DNA from: Entomortierella parvispora E1425
Lineage: Eukaryota > Fungi > Mortierellomycota
Assembly (NCBI GenBank): GCA_020891255.1
Contig: BQFW01000008.1
Coordinates: forward strand, 2,046,001 to 2,110,000
DNA length: 64,000 nucleotides
Direction of reading: 5' to 3'
Positions 1-12,156 of the stretch are shown here, in pieces. The notes beneath the pieces were generated by a model. That model was not told the DNA's origin, did not search any database, and worked only from the letters and a program-made list of their open reading frames with translations. The position numbers and the translations under genes are program-made. How positions within the stretch are numbered: the first letter of the stretch is position 1; the number at the start of each line of letters is the position of its first letter.

Positions 1-938
1 ATGGGATGCTTTTCCAAAGAACTCGACTTCACAGGTCTCTAGCGATAGAAATGCGGGATAAACCACATCCGCGTTTGCTCCGTGTAACATCATGCACACA
101 TCTACGCCTTCAAATGCCCCGTTATCCAGCATAGTAATTTTGCCTCCTAACGAGGTTACGATATGCAATATAGAACCGTAAGTATTCACTCTTCCAGATT
201 AGTTCGAACATCTCGTACAACTACCATCAAGTAGGGACATAGCTGTGTTTACCAGACGTCTCTTCGGCCGGTGTACCAAAGAGTTTGACTTCAGCTTGGA
301 GATCGAATTGCTCAATGACGGCCTTGAGCGCAATAGCCGTTGCTACTCCAGAGATTGCAATCAGGTTGTGACCACAGGCATGCCCTATTCCGGGAAGAGC
401 ATCGTACTATACAGTAAAAAAAATCGTCAACTCAGTCGTTTTGAATGAACATATGGATCGAGACTTTCCTTTACCTCAGAGCAGATTCCAATGGTCACTC
501 TGTCGGAATTTCCGGAACGAGCTACAAAAGCAGTCTCGAGACCATATGCATGCTGCTGAACTTCAAAGCCCTTTCTTTCAAGATAATTCGTCAGCAAGGA
601 GTGCGCCTTGAATTCTTCATATCCAAGCTCTGGGTTCTCGTGAAGCTGTGCAAAGTAGATATATATGGTCAATTACTGTCATAAATAATGGGGCCCAGTC
701 AGGAATGAAGGAAGCTTCGTACCTTTAAACTGATATGACGCAGCTCCGTGGAGACTCGTTCTATGGCCTCGTGAACTGTCTTCGCGAATTCATCTTGCTC
801 CCAAAGTTCTGTCAAACGAATGCCAGCCGCTTGTGCAGCTGCCAATCTTGCGTTTGCAAAAAGCTGCTCGCTCATCTCTTGGCCACACAAAGGAAACGAG
901 TCGTACGCTGGAGGGTTAGTGCAAGGGGCATCCGACAT
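1..938 (-). CDS. Peptidase M20 / amidohydrolase (PM20D2-like), multi-exon, runs off the window start
   Basis: Exon peptides LHENPELGYEEFKAH...GICSE and YDALPGIGHACGHNLIA...FGTPAEE, separated by GT-AG introns; ATG at 938. Confidence 0.88.
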
Positions 939-1445
939 ATTCTCCTTTTCCTATGCAGTGGGTAGGTGGAGAGAGAAGAGTGTAGAGTTCACCAGGTTAT
1001 GCTCGAGCGAAAGACGGAATCGTTCGCACGGTTCAACATGCACATCTTTGCCAGCGCTAAACCACACTGGAGTTGGGAATAGACGTAGGGGCACCTTTGA
1101 TGCATATTGGACCAAACTCGATGAACGCTATAATCGCAAAAGGTGAATTACATTCGTTGTCTGGCTCGACTGACCGTCTCGCCCTGTCTTGGAGATGAAG
1201 AGTCCTTTGAAAATGGCCAGACATCCAGGGTTGGCTTGGGGCGATGGGGTGGGCCGGGTCGATTTCTCAGACATTTTACACAGTTGATTTCCCGGGGGAT
1301 GTTAAATTGACAAGTGATGGAGTGATGGGAAGCGAAGAGAAGGGCTAAAAAAGGTCGCGCTGGTTTGTCCCACGGAAAAGCGTTTCGTTTCCGTAAAAGG
1401 ACAGCATGATGATTTATTGAGTGCAAACATTCTGCGGCCTCATAT

Positions 1446-3496
1446 CTAATCGCGAGGCCAAATGCCTAGTTCTTGGAAATCGGTAATGATCTCCCTGAGA
1501 CTTTCCTCTGTCAAAGTAGGATGCTCATACTTAAAACCAGTGGACGCACAGATCTTGGTTCCGTTCAATGACAAAGCGTTGTTTAACAACAACTCCTGAT
1601 CAAGGTACGGCGTCAGGGGAGACGTCTTGATGTTGTTTGCTTTCAGAATATCAGACCATGGCGCCAAATGCATCTCGTTTGTGTCTTCGGTGGCCCCCTC
1701 CATGTTTGTCTGTAATATGATATACATTTAAAAAGATTAGCGATATAAGCAACTTCAAAAACCGCCCCTTCAATCTTAGACGGAGACTTACGCTGGCCAA
1801 CAACGACAAAGCAGTTCCTTGGTATCCAGTCTCGATTCCAAAGATACTTCTTATATGGGTATTGATCGCCTCTTGGTCTGGGAAGACAGAGAAAAAGGCC
1901 AGTTAGTCGAAATTGCAATAACCCTTTTTTTTCAATGTTTAAGCAAGCCATTCCCAGGGTCATACCAGTGTCATTTTCGTCGGCAAGGTTATAGATGGCA
2001 GTAGTGCCATTGAAAGTGGTGGCGGTGTGCCAGCAAGCCCTTGCAACATCAGTGACATGGACGGTATTGATGCGCAAGTCCTTTGTCCAGAGGAAGCTCA
2101 TCTTTTGCTTGAGATGTTGGTAAACGCGACCGCAGATTAACCTAGGGGCTTTGTAGATTAAGAGCATCCATGTCAACTTAATGTTCAAAGGAACACAGAT
2201 AACAAAGCCGACGTGTACGTACTGAGTCCGCCCAAAGCTCCAACACCATAAACGACAGCCGGACGAAGTATGACTAGGTTCAAACTAGGTAGATAAGGCG
2301 GCGCACTTCACGTTAGGTCAATCTTCCTTGCAGGCAACAGGTAGGTCGGCAGCGAAAGGACCAAGGAATCATCAGGGCATTTTGCAACTGCAACTTCGCG
2401 AGGTGATTAAATCTCGCCCTTAGATTCCCCCCCCCCCCCCCACTTCCTCTTCGTCCTATTCTAATAAACATCAAAAGAGAGTCTTACCCTGCCATATCTA
2501 ACAGCTCCTTGTCAACTTTGAGTTTGTATTCCGCCATTTTGTTCCAAGGCTTGGCTTTGGAGTCCTCCTTGCTGGCGCTCTAATGGAATATTAGAATCGA
2601 ATTAAGTAGTCGCCCTCAACAGCAAGGTCTGGAAGATTCAAGGGCAGCATTTTCAATTTAGTTCCCTTACCTTGCTACTCTCATAGATGTCACCTGTAGA
2701 AATGTGAACGAAGACCTTGACATCCCTTTTGACCGCCTCCTTGGCACAAATGGTTGAAAGCCTGTAAATCCGGTCCTCGTAGATCTATTAAATGAAAGAT
2801 CGCAAGCATTATTCAATCTTGATCTCGACCCTTTTCTCTTCTCTCCTTTCCACCTCGAGTGCGGCAACATTCTTTTTGCTATGTCTGGTGTGGAGCAAGA
2901 TCTGTCTCAAAACTCAGGACGCTCACTCTTTTTGCCATGCAGAAGGCTCTCAGCTCAGTGACAATATCAAAATGGGGAAAATCGAAAATAGAACACTAAG
3001 CCAACATCCAGATTTTTTATCCATATTTTCCTTGCCCCATCCCCTGCCGTCAGTGTGTTTATCTTCAATAGATGTTGTGTATAGCTCCATGAATAGGCAA
3101 ACATGCCCCAATTACATTACCTCATCGGGCTGCGAGAACTTCGTCTCCGCCGCAAAGTTGAACACGTAGTCGAAGGAGGAGCCATCGGCGCGAGAAAAGC
3201 ATCTGGCAACCGACTCTGCATGTATAGGTGAATAACCTTTATCAGTAACGTTCTCGCGCTGAGAAAAAGAGACAAGTCCAAGGATTAAACATACCAGCGT
3301 TCGAAAGATTCCCTTGCATGAACTCGACTTTGGTGAAGGCGTTCTTGAATCGTTGGTTCAAGTAAGCTGTCTGAGGTAGGACTTTATCAACGACCCTGAT
3401 CTCAACAGCGAGATCATTCTCGACCAAGTGGGCGACAAAGTTGCGACCAATGAATCCGACACCGCCAAGGACGAGGACTGTGGGTTGTGGGGCCAT
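1446..3496 (-). CDS. NAD-dependent epimerase/dehydratase (extended SDR) family protein, multi-exon
   Basis: N-terminus MAPQPTVLVLGGVGFIGRNFV (GGxGxxG Rossmann motif); later exons INTVHVTDVARACWH, IYNLAD; stop at 1446. Confidence 0.85.
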
Positions 3497-4233
3497 TGGG
3501 AATGTATGGAGATGGATAGAAAGAAAAGGATGAAGCTGCTGAACTGTGTGGATGGATGGAAAGGATGGATGGATGGGAGAGAGCGGGAGGGAATGGTGAA
3601 TGAAATAGAGGAAAGAAGGATGACGAGGCAGTAAAAGAAAAGAAAAAAAATCGCGGACCGACACAACGTGGGACGGAGGAAGCATGTCAAAGTGCCACCA
3701 GGGGATGGATGGGCGGGACGGGATTGCTCTGCTTGCTCTCAACTCTTTCTCTGTGTCATCCTCGGCGGGATGCAGATACGCATCGCCCCTTCCCCCTTGT
3801 TCCCGTTGTGCTCCCATTTTGTCCTGTCGAAGGGGACGCACAGGGAGACAGCAAGGTTGCATACCCCTTCTCGCTGGAGACTTTTGGATTGTAGTGAGGA
3901 CAAAAAAGTTAGGGTTTTTACTCGCCCTTCTAAAAATGAAGCACACGTTCAACGCAGAAGTAGACAAGAGCGCCTGGCTGGTCTACTTAAGGGTGTACCG
4001 TACCATCTTGGCCATCAACACCAGGGCCACCAACGCGTTTTTGTTTCGTGTCCTCGGTGTTGATTCTTTTCTTCTCCTCGCTGTCCCTTTCACTGTTGAC
4101 TCAACCCTTACCACAACACAGACACTTCTGCACTCCATCAGCTTACTCGTCTGTCACCACTCAACTTCCCCCGTCAACTCATAACATCGGTATTGCATCT
4201 CGTGTCTTTCTTGTTTTCTTTATCTACTGTAGT

Positions 4234-7200
4234 ATGGGTGTCGTCAATGCCTTCGAGACGCTCAAAGACTGTGAGGCAGTCAAGAGAGTCGACGTCAAGT
4301 CCCTTGGTGGGTGCCTCATTGATGGCTCAGCCGTCTCTTACATGAGACTCAAATCGACGGAAGCACGTCTCCTCCTACGCTCTCTGAAGACCCAAGCAAA
4401 GAAAGGAACCATCGCTACCACGGCCTCCCTGCTCCCGCTTGGTCAATGGGTCGGAGGACTGTGGTCCTTTCCTGTCCCTGTCTCGGATTATGGGTCAATC
4501 CACTTGGGTATGTCTCCTTTCCGCCCGAGCACAGCATCAACCTCTACCAACATTCCACCGATCAACAACGCTGCCCTGCAACTGTCCCCGTTGCCATCCA
4601 CATCGCCTTCTTTTGGCCCAGTCTCGTCTTTGCAGGATTCAGCCTCAACATCGGATACACTTTCTGACTTCTCTGACCTGCATAATGCACGTATGGAAGC
4701 TTGGCCGCTCCTTGCCAGATCCATGGACCGCATGTTTAATACACATTACAACAAGTCGGCAGACTTTATCCACTACGATGGCGGACCCACCGTGCAGAAA
4801 GCCTTTGCACATGATCGACGACTGAAAGCCAATGAAAGGGCATCGATCAAGATGTCTGAGCTTCTTGCCTCTACTGATGTACGACTTTCTGTGATTGAGT
4901 CAAAGTCAACTCTTTCGAACAAACAATTGTCTCGGCTTAAAAGGCACCTCAACTGTGTTGTTTTCCCCCATTGGATGAAATGCCGTGGGGTGGATCCTCG
5001 GGCTACCGTCTTTGTCTCTCTTGAACTTCACACATCCCATGGATGGAAGTCCCATATATGCCATGGCCAACTTGACATATCTGCAGGAAAATTGGCCAAA
5101 AAGGACCCAAACATCACCGTTGTCACCACTGACAGTGACCTGCTATTCAGTGGAGTCAAAGAGTGTGTCTGAATTCAGCTCAGGGGCACAAGCTTTTACT
5201 CATACCCGATTGAGGGCATCTTAGCCCACTGTAAGCTCCACTCCTATGAGCAATGGGTGGCAGCGGCGGTCGTTAGTCTCAACGACTATGATCCTATTGT
5301 TGGGAGGACATCGTTTAAGACTGCGGTCAAGGAGATGGAAAAACTCCACAAAACTTTTCCCCGCAACTGTCGCACCAATCTCAAAGCCAAGGATTATGTT
5401 AAAGAGTTCTGCAAAGGCAAGCATGTCGACATCAACTCGGTCGAAAGGTCCTTGGAGAGTTTTGTCGATTTGCTTGAGACCCCTGTTGAGCAGCTCAATC
5501 CGCAAAATGATGTACTCGATGACTCGATACGTAGGATCGTGTACCGAGTGGAGATGCTGACACAACGGTAAGAATGCAATACAGAATTGACCTTTTTGCC
5601 GGATATGGCACTCATTAAATCAATCATATTCCCTTCGCCACTGCACTAGCTGTCGTTCATCACGCAGGCGTCCAACAAGCAGCGAGCCAAGCGCATCGTT
5701 GGCCACGTTGGAGATTGACGACCTTCGGCCTGTATCTTTATCAAAGCGAGGAAAGAGGGAGCGTCGTCCAGGGTAAGTTCGACGAGCCGGAGACTAGCTG
5801 GATCGAAAGGCCTGGCACAAAGCTGACAAACTCTCATTATTTCTGCAGATTTCGTGGATACATCTCTGGTCATGTCTTTCGTCAGAAGGCCTTCGCCCCT
5901 GTCTTCACTCATCCAGACAAAAATACAGACCCCATCGGTTGCAAGAACATGACCATTGGTCGGCCTGTTCCTGGAGCTCCGGTCCTGGTGGCCGATGAAG
6001 AAGATGACTTTCCGGACGATGACGATCCCAAGAGTCCCATGCCTGCGCCAGTGCCTTCCCCCGTGCCTTCTCCCACGTCAGCTTCTAAGCCTACTCTCAA
6101 GCCTGCCCCGGAGAAAACCACAGCGTTTACTACCGGAAAAGCATCCAAAAAGAGGGCAAGAGCAGCTATCGTTTTTGCTCCTGCCAAGAGGCGTAGCCGG
6201 GACGCAGAAATGCAACAGCGGGAGGACGCAAAGTCAAAGGCAAATGTTCAGCAAGCAGAGGAAGTGCAGGCAGAGGACGAAAAAAAGCGACGAATGACAA
6301 ACCCCACCGATATGATTGGCGATGTTGTCGCGTCTCGATGCCAAATGGCTGCTATGAGGCCAGGACGACTAGAATCGTGTCTACGATACAGTCTCAAGAA
6401 CTCATTCCCAATGCTCTCTAAAGAGCAGCACGAGCTTCTATTGAGGCACATCACCGGCATCATTCGCACGTTGGCCGGGGTCCACTCTGATCTGTTGCGA
6501 GAAGGCCTCTTGGTGACAGAGCTTTACATTGCCAGCGTCTTCAAGGAATTCCCAGTGGTGGACGGAGACCTTGGGCAAGATCACGCCGGAGAGAGAAGCG
6601 ACTTGTTTAACAACATCCTGTTGAAGAAACATCGCGACCCCTTCTTCCAACGGCTTCTGAAGCGACTGCTCAAGTGGGACTGGGATTCCAACAACACAAA
6701 TGCCACCAGTCAGGGCTCCATGGCCGCCGACAAATTTTTGATGATTATTTCAAGCTTATCTAAAGCCAGCGTAAAGAAGCACCTTTTAAAAAAGAGGACT
6801 AGGATATTTGCGATAAAACATTTGTTGAACAGTGCTCAAGAACACTCTCGGATATGGTGGGGGAACACGTATTCAAGTACACCTTGGAGCTGAAATCGAG
6901 AGTAAGTCATCATCGAACAAAATTATCGTTGCTCGAAACTCTGGCAAATTGATCTTTTCGTTTAATAACGTGTTTATTTCGATTGCTGGTGGTCCTAGGT
7001 CATCCTTCATAACCCTTCTTGGTCTTCATCAGCCCGAGGAAAAAACTTTCTCGACTCCGTCAACGAGAAAGGAGTCTCATTGATGCACGACCGGTTGAGC
7101 CTGCATGCAATAATGAACTAGTTGATTCCGGCTGGAGCCCAGATCAAGATTCTGCCCCAAGTCGGATTCACGGATGGTTTTTTTGCATTAACGGAGCGCC

Positions 7201-9368
7201 AGCTGGTGAGCTACATCTTGAAAGGCATCCGAGTGGCTAATCCGATGTATCGCACCCTCAACAATGTGTTCGGGAATAAGGGAGGGGCGGAAAAAACACA
7301 CAGGACGAGGTCAGGAGATTGTCTTTTTTCCTCTTCCTCAACGGCCGCAACACATGTTATCGACGAGGGACCAACGTACTTTGGGCCAAAGACTACTCAG
7401 GCACTTCGTCCTCGAACCCTCTACCGACTTTACAGCAGTTACCACTCCGAGAAATGATGTTCTTCGAGTCTGACGCAATTGCAGAATTCGAGCAAGCTTC
7501 CAAGGGTTTGGGTACCAACGCCAACGCTCCTGGGTATGAAGACCGCAAAAAAATACTCAAGGATGTTATTGGTAAAGGGATCCATAGCCCAGAGCATTAT
7601 CAGCACCTGATTGACATTGCGGCTCCCAAAGTCAAGCGGCCAAAATACGTCCTCACTGGAGACATATCCACCAACGGCTACGACCTGCGTGTTATGGCGT
7701 ACAAGTTGACTGAGAAGAAGCGTAGAGCTCTGCCAGCGGCTTCTTCTACTCCGAACGTTGCTGACCCTGCCACCTCGTCTCTGTTGGCAATTGAAGTCGG
7801 TGCGAATATAATGCCTCTAGCGAATTGTTCACCGATCCTGACCTCATCTCAAGAACACCTGCTCTGGATCTACCTCCATCCGTGGAAGGGCAGTCATCGA
7901 GCGAAATGCTGCCGTCCGTGTCAATGCCAGATGTGGCTCCAACGGCTGCGCCTGCCTGGTCAACAGCCCCTTCCCTTGAAGGATGGCCGTACGTTGCTGA
8001 AGCGTTCAACTCCCAAGAGAAAATTAACAAGCTCTACCGAGACAATGCTGGACCTCAGACCGGTATCCGGGTCCTCTGTCTAGACCCCGGGGTTGCATGT
8101 ACAGCCACGGGCACACTTGTCCACTCCAATTATCCAGAAGTCGCCATCAACCTGACTATCCCTCGCGGCTCCCGAGATATCATCGACAATAGATATCGAA
8201 AGGAACAGAGTGCTCGTAAGATTAAAGAGGGTATTCCGGATATCGAGGCAAGGCTAGTGGCATTGAAGCCTGTCGAGGCGAGGCTGGTGCTTGTTAAGCC
8301 TACTGACGTCAAGACAACCGATCCCAACAACTTGGACCAAGGTATGAAGGACGTGCCAGTCGCTGCCAGTATGAAGAAGGAAACAGATTCCTTGAACACA
8401 GCGATGAAAGCAGTGGTGCATGAATATGAAGAAACTGTCAAAGCCCATATCATCAGCCAAGCAAAAGAGTCCTCCGCCCTCCGCAGCTTCTACGGTACCA
8501 AGAAGTTCAAGAGGGACAAGTACGACTACCGAGAAGCCATTCGCCATGATCTCGACAAGTCCTCGACGGCTATTCTCAATATGAGACACTGCGTTCCTCA
8601 TCCCCAAGCAACAGATGCCGATCTGTTGTCTATAATCTCTGCTGTGCAAGAGGATTTCGAAGGAGCCAGGCATACAGTCTCAAAGCTTCTGAGGGGCAAG
8701 CAGTTCGACTGGAGCTCATATTCTAGAGTCATGGATAATGCAGAACGGTTGCAGGGGGATGAACGCAGCACGTTCTTGGCATCCGCTGACGCCACTAAGG
8801 ATCTAGTCAAAACAGCCCAGTCCTTTGTACAAGGTTGGCTACATGAGCAAGAATCAACTCTCGGATGAGGCTCGTCGAGAGTTCCTAGAATCACCACTCA
8901 TTATCGGAGTTGGCGACGGCGACTATCGCAAGTGGAAGGGGCAGAGTCGGGGATGCGGACAATTGATAAAAAACTTGATCAGACAGGTAAATAAGTGTTG
9001 TCGCTCTTGTGTTGTGTAAAACTTTAATGTCGATTCTAACCAAAAAGTTTCTATGGTATGATTAGAAGCGGGACCTCGTGAAGGATCTTGCCAGAGGCAA
9101 CACGAAGTCTCCTGTTATCGAACTGGTCAAAATTCCCGAATTCAGGACCTCAGTCTTTTGCTGCTCGTGTTTATTCCGCGGAAAAGAGGAAGGCCGATCC
9201 ATCGTTTGTAAAGAGTGCGACAAGAGTCGCGATCGAGACCATAACTCCGCAACCAACATGTCGAACGCAGTCCTAAACTTACTACGCGGAGAAGAGTGGC
9301 CTGCTCCACTTGATTTTGCAAAAGCAAAGTTCGTCGACAAGTTTTCAACAACGACGCTTGAAGTATGA
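4234..9368 (+). pseudogene. Decayed gene for an XPG/FEN1-like nuclease fused to a Fanzor (TnpB-like RuvC + zinc finger) endonuclease, ~1,600 codons
   Basis: N-part: MGV start, CLIDGS (4321), HYDGG (4777), TTDSDLL (5131), H3TH-like EQWVAAAVVSLNDYDPIVGRTSFKTAVK (5281). C-part: YVLTGDISTNGYDL (7670), VLCLDPG (8083), IIGVGDG, PEFRTSVFCCSC (9138), CKEC and DRDHNSATNM (9231). Introns inferred at 5568-5649, 5773-5848, 6902-6998 and 8987-9065. Four in-frame stops and about four frameshifts. Confidence 0.8.
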
Positions 9369-9410
9369 CTTCAAGCCTGGGTATCCCCCTTACGGTGTAA
9401 GTCTACAAGC
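9330..9410 (+). ncRNA. Candidate Fanzor omegaRNA scaffold overlapping the ORF 3' end
   Basis: Consecutive stems CGTCG..CGACG (9332-9356), GCTTGAAGT-ATG-ACTTCAAGC (9356-9376) and CTTAC-GGT-GTAAG (9389-9401), at the position typical of TnpB/Fanzor RNAs. No expression evidence. Confidence 0.35.
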
Positions 9411-9447
9411 CATTCTGCAAAATCAGTCTTTAATTTCTGTTTACTAA

Positions 9448-12082
9448 TTAAGGGTGACTTTTGTTGCGACTAGGTGACAGACACTGTAATACAGTCTCAT
9501 TCAAGTTATTAAACATGTCGTTGACAGCTGAGCATCTTTCCAGCACATCCGCCTCTGTAAAAAAAGTCAGCATGCCTTCTGGTAAACGCCTCTGACACTG
9601 TTCGATTCGATCTTGCCAGATCTCAAAAGGATTTTTCACCGTTGACGGGGGCTGCATCGAAGGTGGTGTGGGTCCTCCGGGGGTTGTATCAGCCGAGTTT
9701 TCTGATGCCGAATATTCAAGGCTACTGAACGTAGTGGAGCCTTCAAATCCGCCCTCCTCCTTGCTCCCATCCCAGTGTTGACTGGCTCTATCAGGATGAT
9801 ATCCAGAAGACGGCCACTCCTTCGAAGACGATACCGTGATCGCCTTACCATCCTGGACAGTATCGCCAGCGTGCCTGCAATCTTCACTGTTGCCTTTAAT
9901 ATCGGAAATATTGATGGTGCTGTTGGCTGCAGCTCCTTGCTTGGTAAAGTAGCTCAGACCGCTTGCCACAGCATTTATATGGGTCCTTGGTATCAACGAC
10001 GTAAATGATCTGCTCCGCTGGGGCATGGTTTGTGTATTGGGCAGCATTTCTCGAAGTCTGGCAGAAGTGATGTCTCGAATAAATATTTTGAAGACCTGGT
10101 GAGGGAACTCGAGAGCTACGTCAGTGTAGCTGCCGAAAGAATGTAGTTAGATAGGCTATAGCGGAAGGATAGAGCATCTCGTGGACCAACTGTAACTTAC
10201 ATTTCCATGTCAATCTCGCCACTGTCGCCCACGAGGATGAATCTGCGCTCTGGAAAATCAGTGAGAATCTCATGAATGGCTCTGCGCTTACTCTCTCCTG
10301 GAGTCATGAAGTAGGTTTTCAACACGCTGTCGTGTAATCGTAGATGAGCAGAACCTGGTGGAAACTTGTAGGAATGAAAAAACTCAAGCAAACTGGGAAT
10401 CAGTTGCCACGGAGAATTTGACACATAGTGGATCGCAGCCCCTTGCTTCCACCATCTTTTATAGACCTGCGACATGCCAGGGACATCCTGCATGTCATTT
10501 AAGAAAGTATTTTGGAGAATAATCCGAGCTCCTGCTGCAATGTTCGTCTCCTTGATTGTGTCATCGATGTCAGAAATGACAGAGATTCCTATGGGGTCGA
10601 TCAAGTTCACGATGCCATGGCAGGGCTCAGTCATATCTGTATGGTGTGCAACGAGCTTCAAAAATCGAGGATGGTGGCCTTCCTGGCTATTGACCCCTGT
10701 ATCCAGGTGCTTCCTGTGGGTCTCAACGTTTTCATCCGAGATTCGTAGAGTTCCATCGAAGTGGCCTCCAGGACGGGAGGATATTTGAACAGTTGGGAAG
10801 AGTCCGTGCCCAAGATCTTCCAAGTGTGTCTGAGATTGAGACAAAACAGGGTCATTGGAGTCCTGTCTATGAGTCGCAATTGAGGGGATGGTGCGGGTTT
10901 CCGTCTCACCAGCGTCTGTAGGATTGCACCCGTTGACATGTTGATATTGGTCATATCGATGCAAAGAGCTTCCACCATTGACTTGTGCCATCACTACTGG
11001 TTTGTATTTTCGGTAGGCACCGACAACAAACGCGGCGCCCTTGCTCCAGCGACCACCTATATCCTGGTTTTCGGGGGACAATGATTTTGAAAGCGGGGTG
11101 CCACTTCCAACAACGGGATCAGGTACGGGAGAATCCAAACCGGATGTACTGTGAGACTGAATGCTGTGTAGTCCTGTATATGCTCCGCTGCCAGTTTCTT
11201 CCAGAGACTTGCGCACCTTGGCTTTGTCAGCAGCAGCATCGGCAGCAACTGTAGCAGCATCCGAAGACTTAAACTCGTGGCGCAAACTGTCCACCGTAGG
11301 ATCATGTGAATTAGGATCCCCTGCAAGCTCCATGCGGGTTGTAGTCGCTGCTCCGATGCACTGGATAGAAAAGCACGCTCCTTGGGTATTGCTAGCTAGA
11401 AACATCCCAAAGCGAGATTCCAATGTTTCGTAGACTTTGTTATCCTTTGTTACTCCTGCCAGCTTCCGGGCCATACCTACCAAAACGTACAGTTAGGTTA
11501 TTACGACAATGATCAAACACTGCCGCACTTGGCTTCGACAGATTTTAATCTGGCATACTCATCACAAGTCGTTTCCTCCTATTTGATCGCTTCGAGAAGG
11601 CCCAGCCCCGCACCTACAGTGCAGCAGCAACTGGTTAGAGGACAGTAATTCTTGAAAAAAATACCTTTCAAACCTATGCTGAAGAAGAAGCTCACTCGTA
11701 TGTTCCAGTCCAGAGGGTCCTTGGATCCTGCAGCAATTATATTTGATATCAGTCAACCGATAATAAATTCGGTGAGAGAATGGCAAAAACACCCCTTCTG
11801 CTTACCTGACCGCGAGTGCTGGGTTGCATAAGTTGGAAAAAGGAGACAGTGCTGTTCCACATCAGCGGCATCCTCGCTTTCCTTTGTAGACCCTGCCTCC
11901 AAAGGCATGTCCTTGAGTGCATGCGGGTGGGATCGATCGCCATGATCAGTTTTATGATCATTGTTTGTCAATAGAGGTACTTTGTTCTCCATCCTCACTA
12001 GTGGATCCATTGTTTGCAAGTGAAAGTGGGATTGGACTGTGTCAGCTAGTACATCGGCAACGGGAAGCGAAGGTGGGTTCAT
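9448..12082 (-). CDS. APP1: Phosphatidate phosphatase APP1-like (DUF2183), multi-exon
   Basis: VISDIDDTIK (DxDxT), HYVSNSPWQL, FILVGDSGEIDME and following exon YTDVALEFPHQVFKIFIRD. Confidence 0.85.
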
Positions 12083-12156
12083 GCGGTTTGTGATGACGGT
12101 ACATTTATTTCGATTCGGTCCACAAATTTACAGCGCGCTTTTTTGTACACGCCATT

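Noticed and set aside
3960-3986. GTAGAC..GTCTAC hairpin upstream of the Fanzor fusion as an IS200/605-like left end or TIR partner of GTCTAC at ~9401
   Set aside because: Only 6 bp of match; expected by chance and no TSD support.
3242-4184. Long overlapping ORFs in the epimerase/Fanzor intergenic region
   Set aside because: Low-complexity or UTR read-through with no recognisable motifs; only the MAPQ... portion belongs to a real gene.
8246-8300. 30-bp tandem duplication in the Fanzor ORF (EARLVALKPV/EARLVLVKP) as a repeat array
   Set aside because: Two units only; an ordinary in-frame slippage event.
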